The notes under the pieces: model-generated
Told to the model about the DNA's origin: nothing
The model's database searches: none
Seen by the model: only the letters and a program-made list of their open reading frames with translations
Part shown: positions 28,520-37,968 of the stretch, piece after piece
Position numbering within the stretch: position 1 is the stretch's first letter
Layout: every line of letters begins with the position of its first letter
Position numbers and translations under genes: made by a program
From: a virus
Length of the DNA stretch: 64,000 nt
Reading direction: 5' to 3' (one strand)
IMG/VR virus record: IMGVR_UViG_3300027987_000212
Coordinates: 64,001 to 128,000 of that record

Positions 28520-28903
28520 CTACTCACGACCCAGCAGTTCACGCACTCGCGTTTGTAGGGTTGGAACCTGGGCAACCTTGGTTGCCCCCGTTAGGTGCAC
28601 AGAGTGCGCCGAGAAGTCTCCGGAGGCAACATGGTCGAATGCTTCCCGCATGAGCGCGTTATCCGCCGCATCAGTTTTGCCGATGTTGGGGAACGCATCC
28701 TCTAGCAATTTTCTGCGCCCATCCTCCACTGCACTGCGCACAGCGTCACCAGACAACCCGACGTCGTCGGCTGAAGTCATGTCACGGACAGGCGCCTCAT
28801 CCTGCCGTAGCGTGTTCACTCCAGCAATACTGGCGTCCTCGTTGGTCTCTACTACGTCAGCACTCTTCAACAACTCATACAGGGCGTCTTCTGCATTTGC
28901 CAT
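28520..28903 (-). CDS. Probable head-internal protein with K-x-A motifs
   Basis: LLKSA, ATKVA; TATGCT-6nt-ATG start at 28903. Confidence 0.55.
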   Translation of the reverse strand: MANAEDALYELLKSADVVETNEDASIAGVNTLRQDEAPVRDMTSADDVGLSGDAVRSAVEDGRRKLLEDAFPNIGKTDAADNALMREAFDHVASGDFSAHSVHLTGATKVAQVPTLQTRVRELLGRE

Positions 28904-28919
28904 GCCAGAAGCATAGCAC

Positions 28920-29522
28920 CTAGACCCACCAATCTGGAATGGCACGCGGTTCTTCCCAGCGAGCCTCCCGTACTTCTGCCAAGTAGTACGAGCGAAATGC
29001 CTGCACAGCGTCACTAGCCCGGTACTGCACGGGTAGCGTTCCCTGGCACAACTCCGCGGTGTCGCAGATGAGAGACGTACCGAACGGCTGTGGGTCGTGC
29101 CTAGGAACGTACCCTGAGTGCCCGGCCCGCACGATGGCATCGCCAGCCGGATGGGGCGTCTTGGCGTACGCGAGGTGCTCTACGCCCAACATCCTACCGA
29201 ACTGCACCAACCATGCCCAAGTAGTGGCTGACTGCAGCCCCCACAACACCCAAGGATGCTGCTCCGAGACTAGGGTACACGTCGAAGGTAGCCAGCTTTG
29301 GTTGTGCGGTAAACCCCCAGTTACCCGCGCCACAGTACGCCGTGGTTTGCGAGACCAGCCACCCAAGGCGTTTTCCATATTCGAGACTAGCGTTCTTTGC
29401 CGTATAGATAGCTCAATCCTGCAGACCACTGAAGCAGTCTCGAGTAGCACTGGCTCCAAGTGCTGGTCACAAAGCATTGTAGCAGCCACAACCGCATTGG
29501 AGTGCAATGCGTAGATACTCAC
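28920..29522 (-). CDS. Pyrimidine-dimer DNA glycosylase-like (DenV-related) protein
   Basis: MSIYAL....AA...CDQH...LLE, HPW..W..QS...W.WL, DAVQAFRSYY, P.WW. Confidence 0.6.
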   Translation of the reverse strand: MSIYALHSNAVVAATMLCDQHLEPVLLETASVVCRIELSIRQRTLVSNMENALGGWSRKPRRTVARVTGGLPHNQSWLPSTCTLVSEQHPWVLWGLQSATTWAWLVQFGRMLGVEHLAYAKTPHPAGDAIVRAGHSGYVPRHDPQPFGTSLICDTAELCQGTLPVQYRASDAVQAFRSYYLAEVREARWEEPRAIPDWWV

Positions 29523-29899
29523 GGGTTACGCCCTGTTGCGTACTGGTACCACTGCAAAGCAGACTGCTCTGCAGCCATGAGGCGTGCGTGCAGATTCCGT
29601 ATTTCCTCTTGATGGCGCACGGTTAACTCTACCGTAGTTTGCGTGTGCTGCTGCGCTTGTACTTCCAGTTGACTTCGTAGCTCACCGACCTGCGCCTCCG
29701 TCATGCGCAGAGCTTCCTGCAGCAATCCCGGTCCTGTGTACATAACGTGTCCAGAGGAAAACCTGGTAACAACTGCCCGCCACGCTTCTTTCGAGGGGAC
29801 GGACGCACGAAGAGTCAGAGTCCCACCCGGGTTGCCATTTGTCTCGTAGTATTGTGCATTGGTTAGGTAGAAACGCACCTGCTCGCTTACGTCGTCCAT
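29519..29899 (-). CDS. Hypothetical coiled-coil protein
   Basis: coupled to neighbours. Confidence 0.55.
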   Translation of the reverse strand: MDDVSEQVRFYLTNAQYYETNGNPGGTLTLRASVPSKEAWRAVVTRFSSGHVMYTGPGLLQEALRMTEAQVGELRSQLEVQAQQHTQTTVELTVRHQEEIRNLHARLMAAEQSALQWYQYATGRNP

Positions 29900-30543
29900 G
29901 GCACCAACGGAGCTCCTTCCGTAATCGTCCCTAGTACTCGTCCTACGTTTACTTGCTGAGACACGTGCACCCCCAATAACTGCATCGCATTCTGAGCATC
30001 CACACCCACAACTCCCAGACTCATAGCGCCATTCGGCTCAACCAAGTTGGCCCTAATTGCTGACGCAATGTTAACGAGGTAATCTACGGCCTGCCCCACA
30101 AGTACCAGGTTAGGCCCACCTGCTGCCAACTTCTTGTGCACAACAGTTTTGCCGTCCACCAATACAATGCCCCCCAATCTAGCTTCTAGCGCATCCACAT
30201 CAAAGTATTGGCGTTGCCTTCGCATGACGTCCAGTACACGCGTCAGGCCGGTGTAGCTCCGCTCCGGTACCCCCTGCTGCAAACTGAGGAGTGGCTCCCA
30301 ATTGTACTCCGAGAAGCGCGCACTGGCCGCCCACAACGCAGCTAAGGTTACCTCGAGTAGGTAGAAAGAGCGCAGCAGTTGCACGCTGTGACTTCTTCCC
30401 AACACACCCACCGTAGCCAGCATACTGTTGAGTGCGTCCAGTTCCGGCTCGTACAGTTGCGCCGACGGACCCTCTCGTACGGCATCCCTCAGCTTGTGAA
30501 GGAAGCGCCACGTCACTGGGCAACGAAGTTCGGTATCAGCCAT
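29887..30543 (-). CDS. Hypothetical protein
   Basis: GGAGATAA motif at 30554-30561 upstream. Confidence 0.6.
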   Translation of the reverse strand: MADTELRCPVTWRFLHKLRDAVREGPSAQLYEPELDALNSMLATVGVLGRSHSVQLLRSFYLLEVTLAALWAASARFSEYNWEPLLSLQQGVPERSYTGLTRVLDVMRRQRQYFDVDALEARLGGIVLVDGKTVVHKKLAAGGPNLVLVGQAVDYLVNIASAIRANLVEPNGAMSLGVVGVDAQNAMQLLGVHVSQQVNVGRVLGTITEGAPLVPWTT

Positions 30544-30585
30544 AGCAGGAGGCTTATCTCCTACTACAGCTGAATTTCAAAGAGG

Positions 30586-32220
30586 CTACATCCTCGTGGA
30601 CGTAGCGGGCGTCTTCGTTGCTCCCGGTAGCGGTTTGCCGAATCCCACAGGCTTGGCAATCTGCGCAATGGACGGCCCTGGCGGCGGGCCCATCTTCAAC
30701 GTACCAACTGACTTGGCTTTGGAGAGCTGGCTTGCTGGCGAGAAGAGGCCGGCCTTCTTCTGCTTCTCGCTGGGAGGGCCCGCAGTCTTGAGCGGCGGTG
30801 CAGTAAATGGCGGCAGACTGCTGTGGTACTTCATGCTGGGAGGGTTCATGTCTCCGGAGAACTCTGACCGCGTGAAGCCCTCCTTCACCTTGGGTTGGGT
30901 TTCGCGCTGCTTGTCTCGTGCAACTCTACGTAGGGTGCCCGCACCCAGCGCTACTCCCCCAAGCATAGCCGCGCGTGCAGCGTACGAACCTAGTCCAGCC
31001 CCCATCGCGCGTCTAGCAGCTTTGAGCTCAGCTGGGCCTGCGCTAAGTCCTCGCAACGTCTTCAACCCAGTGTGTGAGGCACCCACTTCCGGTGCAAGTA
31101 ACGCCGCAGTACCAGCTGCCCCCAACCCCGCGCCGGCCAGTTGCGCTCTACGGTCGTCAGAACCAAGCAAGTAACCAGCTGTACCCGCTGCCCCAATCGA
31201 CGGTACCAGTGCTCGCGACAGCACATTTGCCGGCGTACTCTGTAGCAGCCTACCAACACGAGTCTTGTCTATAGCAGCATGTCCTAGTTCATGCGCCAAG
31301 GTAGCTGGAGAAGCCTTACCTACCACCGCTTTCGGACCGCCGGTACGCGTGTAGTAACCTCCTGCACCCAAGCTTCGGTCTAACTCTACTGGAACGGCAG
31401 CGCGGTCTACGAGTCTTCCAAACAAAGACTTTGTACCAGGCAGGGCACCCTCGTGTCGTACTGCACTCTCGAGTGCATCGTTAGCAGCATCAACACCCAT
31501 GTTGCCGCCTAGTACCAGACCGGCCGCGGCCAACTGCTTACCTCGGTGCGGCTCATTCGAACGCGTAGCATTAGCCAACTTCATCTCCGCTACCACCTGA
31601 CGTACTGCTGCAACTTTTGCCTGTAGCGGCTTCAACCCTTTGTCTGCGTTGAACGCCCCAACTCCCATCGTCTTCTTCAGACGCTGCACGGGGGTCTTGA
31701 ACCCTTGAGGCGTAAACCCCGACTGCGCACGCCAAGCATTGGGGTCAAACCAGCCCGCTGACTTCTCAAATCTCGAAGGCACCGCCTGCGAAGTCACCTT
31801 GAAGACGCGACAAGCGCCATCACCATCCCAGCTGCCGAGGTGTACCTTCTTGCCGCCGGGCGGGTCATCCTCGATAATCCCAAAGCTGTGCCCAACGTCA
31901 CCCACCTCACTGATTCGTGCTAAGAGCTTCTCTATAGCCTCCGCACCATCAGGGCTCGCCTCTATGGTTACGATAACGCGCGCCTGCGCAGCAAGCTTCT
32001 TCGTATCCAGCCTTCCTGGGTTGGGTGCCTTCACGTAGTCCTTCTTCGGACCGCTGTACTTCGCTTTCGCCGCCGCACGTCCCTCAGTTGTGCCGTACCC
32101 CTTTGGTGTCTTGCCCAGCTTGTGCGCTTGCTGAGTAGCGACGGCGAACGCCGTTGACTTCGACATGTCGGGGTTCTTGGCGAGCAAGTGCTTCGCCCTT
32201 TCATGAATCCATGCGGGCAT
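30586..32220 (-). CDS. Modular head-internal polyprotein with HExxH zinc metallopeptidase module
   Basis: TLAHELGH plus E..AS..GL; modules bounded by KKLA, EKSA, MKLA, LKTA, QKKA; GAGGAGG SD. Confidence 0.65.
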   Translation of the reverse strand: MPAWIHERAKHLLAKNPDMSKSTAFAVATQQAHKLGKTPKGYGTTEGRAAAKAKYSGPKKDYVKAPNPGRLDTKKLAAQARVIVTIEASPDGAEAIEKLLARISEVGDVGHSFGIIEDDPPGGKKVHLGSWDGDGACRVFKVTSQAVPSRFEKSAGWFDPNAWRAQSGFTPQGFKTPVQRLKKTMGVGAFNADKGLKPLQAKVAAVRQVVAEMKLANATRSNEPHRGKQLAAAGLVLGGNMGVDAANDALESAVRHEGALPGTKSLFGRLVDRAAVPVELDRSLGAGGYYTRTGGPKAVVGKASPATLAHELGHAAIDKTRVGRLLQSTPANVLSRALVPSIGAAGTAGYLLGSDDRRAQLAGAGLGAAGTAALLAPEVGASHTGLKTLRGLSAGPAELKAARRAMGAGLGSYAARAAMLGGVALGAGTLRRVARDKQRETQPKVKEGFTRSEFSGDMNPPSMKYHSSLPPFTAPPLKTAGPPSEKQKKAGLFSPASQLSKAKSVGTLKMGPPPGPSIAQIAKPVGFGKPLPGATKTPATSTRM

Positions 32221-32229
32221 AGCGCCTCC

Positions 32230-32628
32230 TCAAATACCAAGGGTTCTTCGGACGCGCCCGCGGCGATTGGCGGGCACATGTCCCACCAGCTCCTGCAAGC
32301 GCTGCTTCTCGGCGTTGTACTCGAGCCGGTGGCGCGCCGCCGGCATGAGGCCGCCAAAGATGACGCCCGTCGCGGCACCCCCCGCAACTTCACGAAGGTT
32401 GGGGACCAACCCGCGGGACAACTTCCCGGAGATGGCCCGATTCAGAAACCCCGCTGCTGGCCCAGCAACCGACCCCACGGCAGCCCCACGAAGTACTTGC
32501 TCTCGCGTCGGCGCCGAGTGCTCGAGGTCCCGCAGACGCTCCGCACTCTGCAGGATGTCCTGGGGAATCGCCATAGCCGCGCGCTTCTCCAGGGCAGCCA
32601 AGCACGCCCCGAATAGCCCCAGACTCAC
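32230..32628 (-). CDS. Small glycine-zipper protein with EKRA motif
   Basis: GAAVGSVAG, GGAATGVIFGG. Confidence 0.6.
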   Translation of the reverse strand: MSLGLFGACLAALEKRAAMAIPQDILQSAERLRDLEHSAPTREQVLRGAAVGSVAGPAAGFLNRAISGKLSRGLVPNLREVAGGAATGVIFGGLMPAARHRLEYNAEKQRLQELVGHVPANRRGRVRRTLGI

Positions 32629-34583
32629 ACCGACCCCACTGCCGGCGCAGCACGCCCCAGAAGACCCGCAGCCCGCCCAGCAAACTGACCCAGTCTCGGC
32701 ATCACTCGCTGAGCAGCCGTGCCGACCGCGTCCTGCCCGATGTGCCCCGCCGTCTCGCCCAGGGCAGAGAGGGCCGGCGCGAGCTTGCCGCCCAAAACCC
32801 CCGCCGCGCTCAGCGGGATGTGCGCCGCCGCCCCCAAAGCACCGACCGAGCCAATCTCGCCAACCAAGCCAGCCTTACCCGCATGTTGTACCATACCTGA
32901 CCCTATACGCCTGGCCACATTGGAGCCGGTACCCTGCAGCTCTTTTCCGACACCCCGAGTGAATCCCTCGATGGCGCCCCCAAGTGGTACCCCCAACGGG
33001 TTCAACGCCTTCTTCAAACCACTGGAGTGCTGAAGGTGGTGGCCAGCTGCATGCGCTGTCTCCCCCGCGACGCGGTGGGCGACTGACGTCGGACGAATCT
33101 GCCGAGCTACTGCGCTCTCACCCGCGCTCAGCCCCTTGGTGACGGGACCCCGGAGCATCGCGCCACCCTCCGCCAGCCCCTTCCCCAAACCGCCGTGCCC
33201 CCAAGCCCCTCGCAACTCTGCCGGGCGAGCAAACCGCGAAGCCAGTGACCGAAGGGCCTCGCGGAATGCCTCCTTGTCTTGTTCAGCAAGCTTGTCTAGC
33301 TCACCAAAGAAGCCCAAGTACCTGTCACCCGCGTGCGCTCGGTAGTCCGTAGTCACGAAGGCCATCTTACCTTCAGTACTGGGGGGAAGGGCACTGATGT
33401 CACTGAGTACTACGTGCGGCCCCTCTATGCGCACACGCTCAGCAGGGTTTGGGGAAAGGTTCTTGGTCGGCACGTCTCCCTGCTTAGCGTACTTGGATAC
33501 CTGTTGCGGCCCCGCTGATAAGAACGGGTCTGCTGGTACCGTAGCCGCGCTAGTCTGCCGTTCCTCCACGAAAGGCGCCGTACGCACGATGTCTCGGTCG
33601 GGTACATCGCCCCGACGCTTCGGCGGTGGACGCCTACCCTCTACCCTGCTCGGTTCTTCGCCCGCACCCCACTCCAGCAAGGCCTGCCCCGGCATCGCGG
33701 AGATTTTGACCAGCTTCTTCCCAGACGCTACCTGTTGCTTGAGAGAGTCCATGGACACACGCACCACCTTCCCAATGAGAGACGGGTCATCGTAGTGCTT
33801 CAGTATCGCCTTGCGGGCATCGTCCCGCCCGGCAAATCCAAGCATGACCGTGTCTTCGTCGTACTTCCCCGACGGCGTCTTCTGCCGAACCACGAAAGCA
33901 TCCGGCGCCGACCGGTCAGGCCCAACGTACGCATCGACCTCATCCCCATCTGCACCCTTCGTTCCGCGGATGTACCCGTAGGGTAGCTTGAACTTCGTCC
34001 GCCACTTGGAGCCGTCATCGTTGGTACCCTCACGCACGGAGCCTTTGCGGTTCTCGATGTCGACAGTGAGGCCCTGGAACTTCGTACGCCCTTGAAGCTT
34101 GAACCCATCCTTGTTAGTTCCCAAAGAGGACGCGTACTTCAAACTCCCATCAGAATTCTCGCCGCGCCGCTCCAGCAATCGACGCCAACGCGTTTGGAGA
34201 CTAGCAGCAACAGCTTCTTTACCTCTCTCCATCTTCTTCAGCTTGGTGTAGTACCCGGGGTCTTCCGTTAGGTGGTCCATCGTTATCTCTCGCGCCAAAG
34301 CTGGTCGACTAGTATGTTCACTCTCGACACGCATACCTTGACGCAATGATGCTGCGCTAAAGTCACCCGGCTTCTTCTTGTCCGCCAAACCTCCAGGAAG
34401 TAGGTCAGCACCTAGCTTCGGACTCACCTCCGACGCATCCGCAGTTACTTGACCCACCGAACGTTTGAACAAGGTACCCTCCTTATCCTTGCGGAGGAGA
34501 GTCGACACACGCATTGGTCTTCGTCCGCGCCGACTTTGGGCCAAGGTGTACTGTGTTTTCGACGCGGCGTCTTTGAACATCAC
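32625..34583 (-). CDS. Modular polyprotein: DUF5661-like domain, phage inorganic-pyrophosphatase-like (InPase) domain, Gly/Ala-rich tail
   Basis: GMRVESEHT...AREITMDHLTEDPGYYTKL; FQGLTVDIEN.KGSVREG...YGYIRGT.GADGDEVDAYVGP...DED.VMLGF. Confidence 0.7.
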   Translation of the reverse strand: MMFKDAASKTQYTLAQSRRGRRPMRVSTLLRKDKEGTLFKRSVGQVTADASEVSPKLGADLLPGGLADKKKPGDFSAASLRQGMRVESEHTSRPALAREITMDHLTEDPGYYTKLKKMERGKEAVAASLQTRWRRLLERRGENSDGSLKYASSLGTNKDGFKLQGRTKFQGLTVDIENRKGSVREGTNDDGSKWRTKFKLPYGYIRGTKGADGDEVDAYVGPDRSAPDAFVVRQKTPSGKYDEDTVMLGFAGRDDARKAILKHYDDPSLIGKVVRVSMDSLKQQVASGKKLVKISAMPGQALLEWGAGEEPSRVEGRRPPPKRRGDVPDRDIVRTAPFVEERQTSAATVPADPFLSAGPQQVSKYAKQGDVPTKNLSPNPAERVRIEGPHVVLSDISALPPSTEGKMAFVTTDYRAHAGDRYLGFFGELDKLAEQDKEAFREALRSLASRFARPAELRGAWGHGGLGKGLAEGGAMLRGPVTKGLSAGESAVARQIRPTSVAHRVAGETAHAAGHHLQHSSGLKKALNPLGVPLGGAIEGFTRGVGKELQGTGSNVARRIGSGMVQHAGKAGLVGEIGSVGALGAAAHIPLSAAGVLGGKLAPALSALGETAGHIGQDAVGTAAQRVMPRLGQFAGRAAGLLGRAAPAVGSV

Positions 34584-34828
34584 ATCCTCTTCAGGTAATC
34601 CTGCACACCTACCGCTATCTCTGCCGCACGACGTGGGTCACGCGTGGCTACATTGGTTATCTGCGTCAAGGCAGGTAAGTCTTGCGGCTGAAGACCTCGA
34701 GCAAGCGCTTGTCGTGTCAGAGCGCTCACAACACTGCTTGCCGAGAAGTGGTCAACATCGAGGGCTGCGGGAGGGATAGAGCTCATGCACATAGTTGTAC
34801 CACCCCAACTTAGTGCTGCGGAAGTCAC
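34580..34828 (-). CDS. Small hypothetical protein
   Basis: coupled between hub and polyprotein genes. Confidence 0.5.
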   Translation of the reverse strand: MTSAALSWGGTTMCMSSIPPAALDVDHFSASSVVSALTRQALARGLQPQDLPALTQITNVATRDPRRAAEIAVGVQDYLKRM

Positions 34829-37800
34829 CCCAACAATCCACGAGAGAACAGCAAGGCAGACAAGTACGCCTGCACCTGTCGTTGCTTACGCCCACGCGTA
34901 TCACCACGCTGGGCAACTGTACTACCTCGCTTGATACCCAGCACGTTTTCAATATCTGGACCTACAAGCCCAAACAAGTCATCGTACGGACCGAATGCCC
35001 TAGAGTGGAAACCCTCGATGCCCGAAAGTACGGCTGAGCCGTCAGAGTTGAACACCAGGTCACTGGTACCGAGCATATCGACCATCGTCGCGATGGGCCG
35101 CCACGTGTATGCACGAATGAACTCGTCGACATCCAGCCGTTGCTGCCTCACGTAGGAGTAGGTCATGACCAAAAACTCGGCGGCTTGTTCGATGGAGGAG
35201 CCCTCCTCTAGCTGCAGCAGTACCGGAGCGTCCCGTCTTGGGTCATCCCCAGCAGCCGCAGCAGCCGCCTCGTCTTGGGCTTTCTGCGCCGCTTCTGAAA
35301 AGCCGCTCAAACTAGCGCCAGTCGGGTCGGAGATAGTGTGCGGGTCTGTGATAGCCCCAATCCCGAACAGCGTGTTGTACGCCTCACCGATTTTTGCGGA
35401 GGACCAAACATCTCCGTACCACCCTGGCCGCAAGTACTCCTCCATCGGTAGGTCGACTTGCTCTTGGCGGTACCGCGGCACCTCCTCTTCCACCCGATAG
35501 GCGTTGAAGACCACATCACGGTCACGGTCCCCAACAATTGCCTCCACATCTGTAGAGCCCAGGGCGCTAGCAGACGTAGGAACACCAACGGGCACCAGCG
35601 GCACCTTGAACTGCGTCGTGTCTGCCACAGTCTTTCGCCGCCTACCAAACAAGGGTAAGCGTGCGGTACCTTCACGATTTGCCGCTGCAGAACCTGAGTT
35701 AGCCTCTCGTATGTACTGTAGCGTAACATCTGTAACGGTAGTGATGATACCGCCTTTCGGCCCCAACGAACCAACTGCGGGGGCAGATAGCGCAGCGATG
35801 TCCGTAGCACGTAATGCTGCCTGGTCTTGTTTCTTGTACGCAGAAGTAGACGCCTCGAACGTACCCAAGAACTCGACAGTTTCGTCTAACTGCCTCGGGT
35901 AACTGATGTTAATCTCCGTCCTGCCACGTTCCTCAGCCTGACTCACGGCATGCGAAACCTGCGTGAAGTTACCGAGAAAGTGCGTCCCCAGCAACTGGAG
36001 ACGCTCGGTTGTCGGGAAGCCCCGCTTCTCCGCTAGTTCATTGTGTGCAGCAATGACCTCTGCATCGACATACTTGTCGATAATCAAACCTGGACACCCA
36101 CAAGCAATGTACGGGTTGAACTTCCCGGCCACGCGCATCTGCCGCGCATTGAATCGATGCTTGAAGTAGAGGAAGTTGGTACTACGCTGAGCAAACCCAA
36201 CCTTCGTCGGATTCTGCTGAGTACCGGAGCGTGCTGCAAATACGTTGAACTCCCCCATCTTCTCGAACACGGGCAGAATGCCCGTGAATAGCTCATGGTC
36301 GAGCAAGTCGTTGCGAAGAACATCACGTAGGTTTGTCTGGTCCTGCTTCAACGACCGCCCTTGCGGCGCAAAGTAGAACTTGTCGAAGAGGAAGTCCTCC
36401 CCAAAGAACTCGTCGTTCGTCTTCAACAAAAATCGAGTAGGCTCCTGCAACCACATTCTCTGGTAGACAATCTGGTCGTAGTCCTCGGGGAATAGCACGT
36501 TGCACCGTGGCGGAGCCCCAAACCAGATGTCGGGCCTGAACACTTGCTGCATCAACCTAGCCGGCTCTTGCTGCCCCGCGACCGTAGTAGGTACCGTGTA
36601 CTGGGCAAGCCGCAACAAGTGCCCCTGAGCTGTGCTCAATGAATCGACTAGTCTGCTCTGCTCAGCACTGGGGGTCGCCAAGCTCCACCGGTTAAGCTGC
36701 GTCAGCGCCTTACCCAGTGCCGTAGCTGCTTGACTGAGAAGGCTCTTCGCCCCCGCGGGTGCGCGTCGACTCGCTGTAGTTGCCTGCGCACGGTTAATCG
36801 CTGTCCTGACGCTACCTACCCTGCCGCGCAGAGTAATACGTAGGGACTCTGACCCGATAGCTACCACCTCTGGTGCGGTCAGGTCTGACTGCAGTGTGCC
36901 GATGATGTCGCCTAAGGACTTTGCCGCGTTCTCCCCCAGTACCGCCAGCGGAGCTAATGTAGGGTCATCGGAAAGCTTCTTGCGTGCAGAACCACTAACT
37001 GCGTTGTCTTTCCCCGGTACGTACCGTGGGCAAGGTTGAGCATACATCTCATGGAAGATGATACCGGAGAGTGCGTTCACTGCTTGCCGGAAAGAAGTCT
37101 GCCCGCCTAGGCCACCCAGCAGTCGGCTAAACAATCCCGAATAGCCCTGTCGCGCAAGTATCCTACTCGAGGTGGGGTCTTCCTCGATAGCGCCAATCAT
37201 CTGCGTCAAATGCAGGCGCAGCTCAGCCAACGAAAAGAAGATGTTCTGCCCAGCAATCTTCTTCACGCTACCACCATTGCCACGGACCTGGTACACGCCT
37301 CCGATAGCTTCCAGTAGCCTGATGATGCCAGCGGACAGCCCCTTCATCTTCGGGTACGTGTTACACCCTCCTGCAGAGGCGAGCCGCGTTAGCACCTCCC
37401 CTTTGTTGGACAAGAAGTCGGTAAAGAGGTTGGTCGCCCCTCCCGAGAATACCGCCTTGATGCCTGGCCCGAAGATGCCCGTATTGCTCCACTGATACGC
37501 GTAGTCCCAGTAGTTACTAAGGTCGGCGCACTGCAGTACTAAAGAACGTTGCGACTGCGCCTTAGTCCACTGAAACCCGATGACTTCTCCTACGAACAAG
37601 CACTTATACCGGTCGTTGTTCAAGTCAGACTCAGCATTGACTAGCGCCTGCTGTACATCCGACGGCACCTCGTTCCTGTACGCCAAAGGGTCAAAGCCCT
37701 GTAGGGTCTTCTCATGCCGGGAGGGGCTCTGCTCCGACCGCCCTCCCATCCCTTTGCGTACCAAAGGACTCTTCTGCTCGTACATGTCCAAGAAGAACAC

Positions 37801-37968
37801 ATGGACTAACGTACGTGGGAGAAACCTAGTACCCTCAGCCAAGGGAGGTATTTGTATGGAACAGACGATAGGACTGTTTGGCGCCGTCTGCACGTTGGCC
37901 GCCACAATAGGCACTTCAATGCCTTCAAGAAACAGCCTAAGCCTAAGTCGTTGTCCGTAAGCAGTCAT
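34825..37968 (-). CDS. Baseplate hub-like protein, 1047 aa
   Basis: LRLFLEGIEVP...LVHVFF...FVGEVIG...LVLQCADLS gp27/hub-like N-terminus; G.F NP....G.PGLI; position after tape measure. Confidence 0.55.
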   Translation of the reverse strand: MTAYGQRLRLRLFLEGIEVPIVAANVQTAPNSPIVCSIQIPPLAEGTRFLPRTLVHVFFLDMYEQKSPLVRKGMGGRSEQSPSRHEKTLQGFDPLAYRNEVPSDVQQALVNAESDLNNDRYKCLFVGEVIGFQWTKAQSQRSLVLQCADLSNYWDYAYQWSNTGIFGPGIKAVFSGGATNLFTDFLSNKGEVLTRLASAGGCNTYPKMKGLSAGIIRLLEAIGGVYQVRGNGGSVKKIAGQNIFFSLAELRLHLTQMIGAIEEDPTSSRILARQGYSGLFSRLLGGLGGQTSFRQAVNALSGIIFHEMYAQPCPRYVPGKDNAVSGSARKKLSDDPTLAPLAVLGENAAKSLGDIIGTLQSDLTAPEVVAIGSESLRITLRGRVGSVRTAINRAQATTASRRAPAGAKSLLSQAATALGKALTQLNRWSLATPSAEQSRLVDSLSTAQGHLLRLAQYTVPTTVAGQQEPARLMQQVFRPDIWFGAPPRCNVLFPEDYDQIVYQRMWLQEPTRFLLKTNDEFFGEDFLFDKFYFAPQGRSLKQDQTNLRDVLRNDLLDHELFTGILPVFEKMGEFNVFAARSGTQQNPTKVGFAQRSTNFLYFKHRFNARQMRVAGKFNPYIACGCPGLIIDKYVDAEVIAAHNELAEKRGFPTTERLQLLGTHFLGNFTQVSHAVSQAEERGRTEINISYPRQLDETVEFLGTFEASTSAYKKQDQAALRATDIAALSAPAVGSLGPKGGIITTVTDVTLQYIREANSGSAAANREGTARLPLFGRRRKTVADTTQFKVPLVPVGVPTSASALGSTDVEAIVGDRDRDVVFNAYRVEEEVPRYRQEQVDLPMEEYLRPGWYGDVWSSAKIGEAYNTLFGIGAITDPHTISDPTGASLSGFSEAAQKAQDEAAAAAAGDDPRRDAPVLLQLEEGSSIEQAAEFLVMTYSYVRQQRLDVDEFIRAYTWRPIATMVDMLGTSDLVFNSDGSAVLSGIEGFHSRAFGPYDDLFGLVGPDIENVLGIKRGSTVAQRGDTRGRKQRQVQAYLSALLFSRGLLG

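Noticed and set aside
28904-29140. ORF-track extension of 28520..29140
   Set aside because: Overlaps the glycosylase-like gene; ATG 28903 fits the TANNNT-N6 pattern
29626-29633. GGTAGAGT copies at 29626-29633 (minus) and near 26134 (plus)
   Set aside because: Inside coding regions and not 6 nt before an in-frame start, so not counted as promoters
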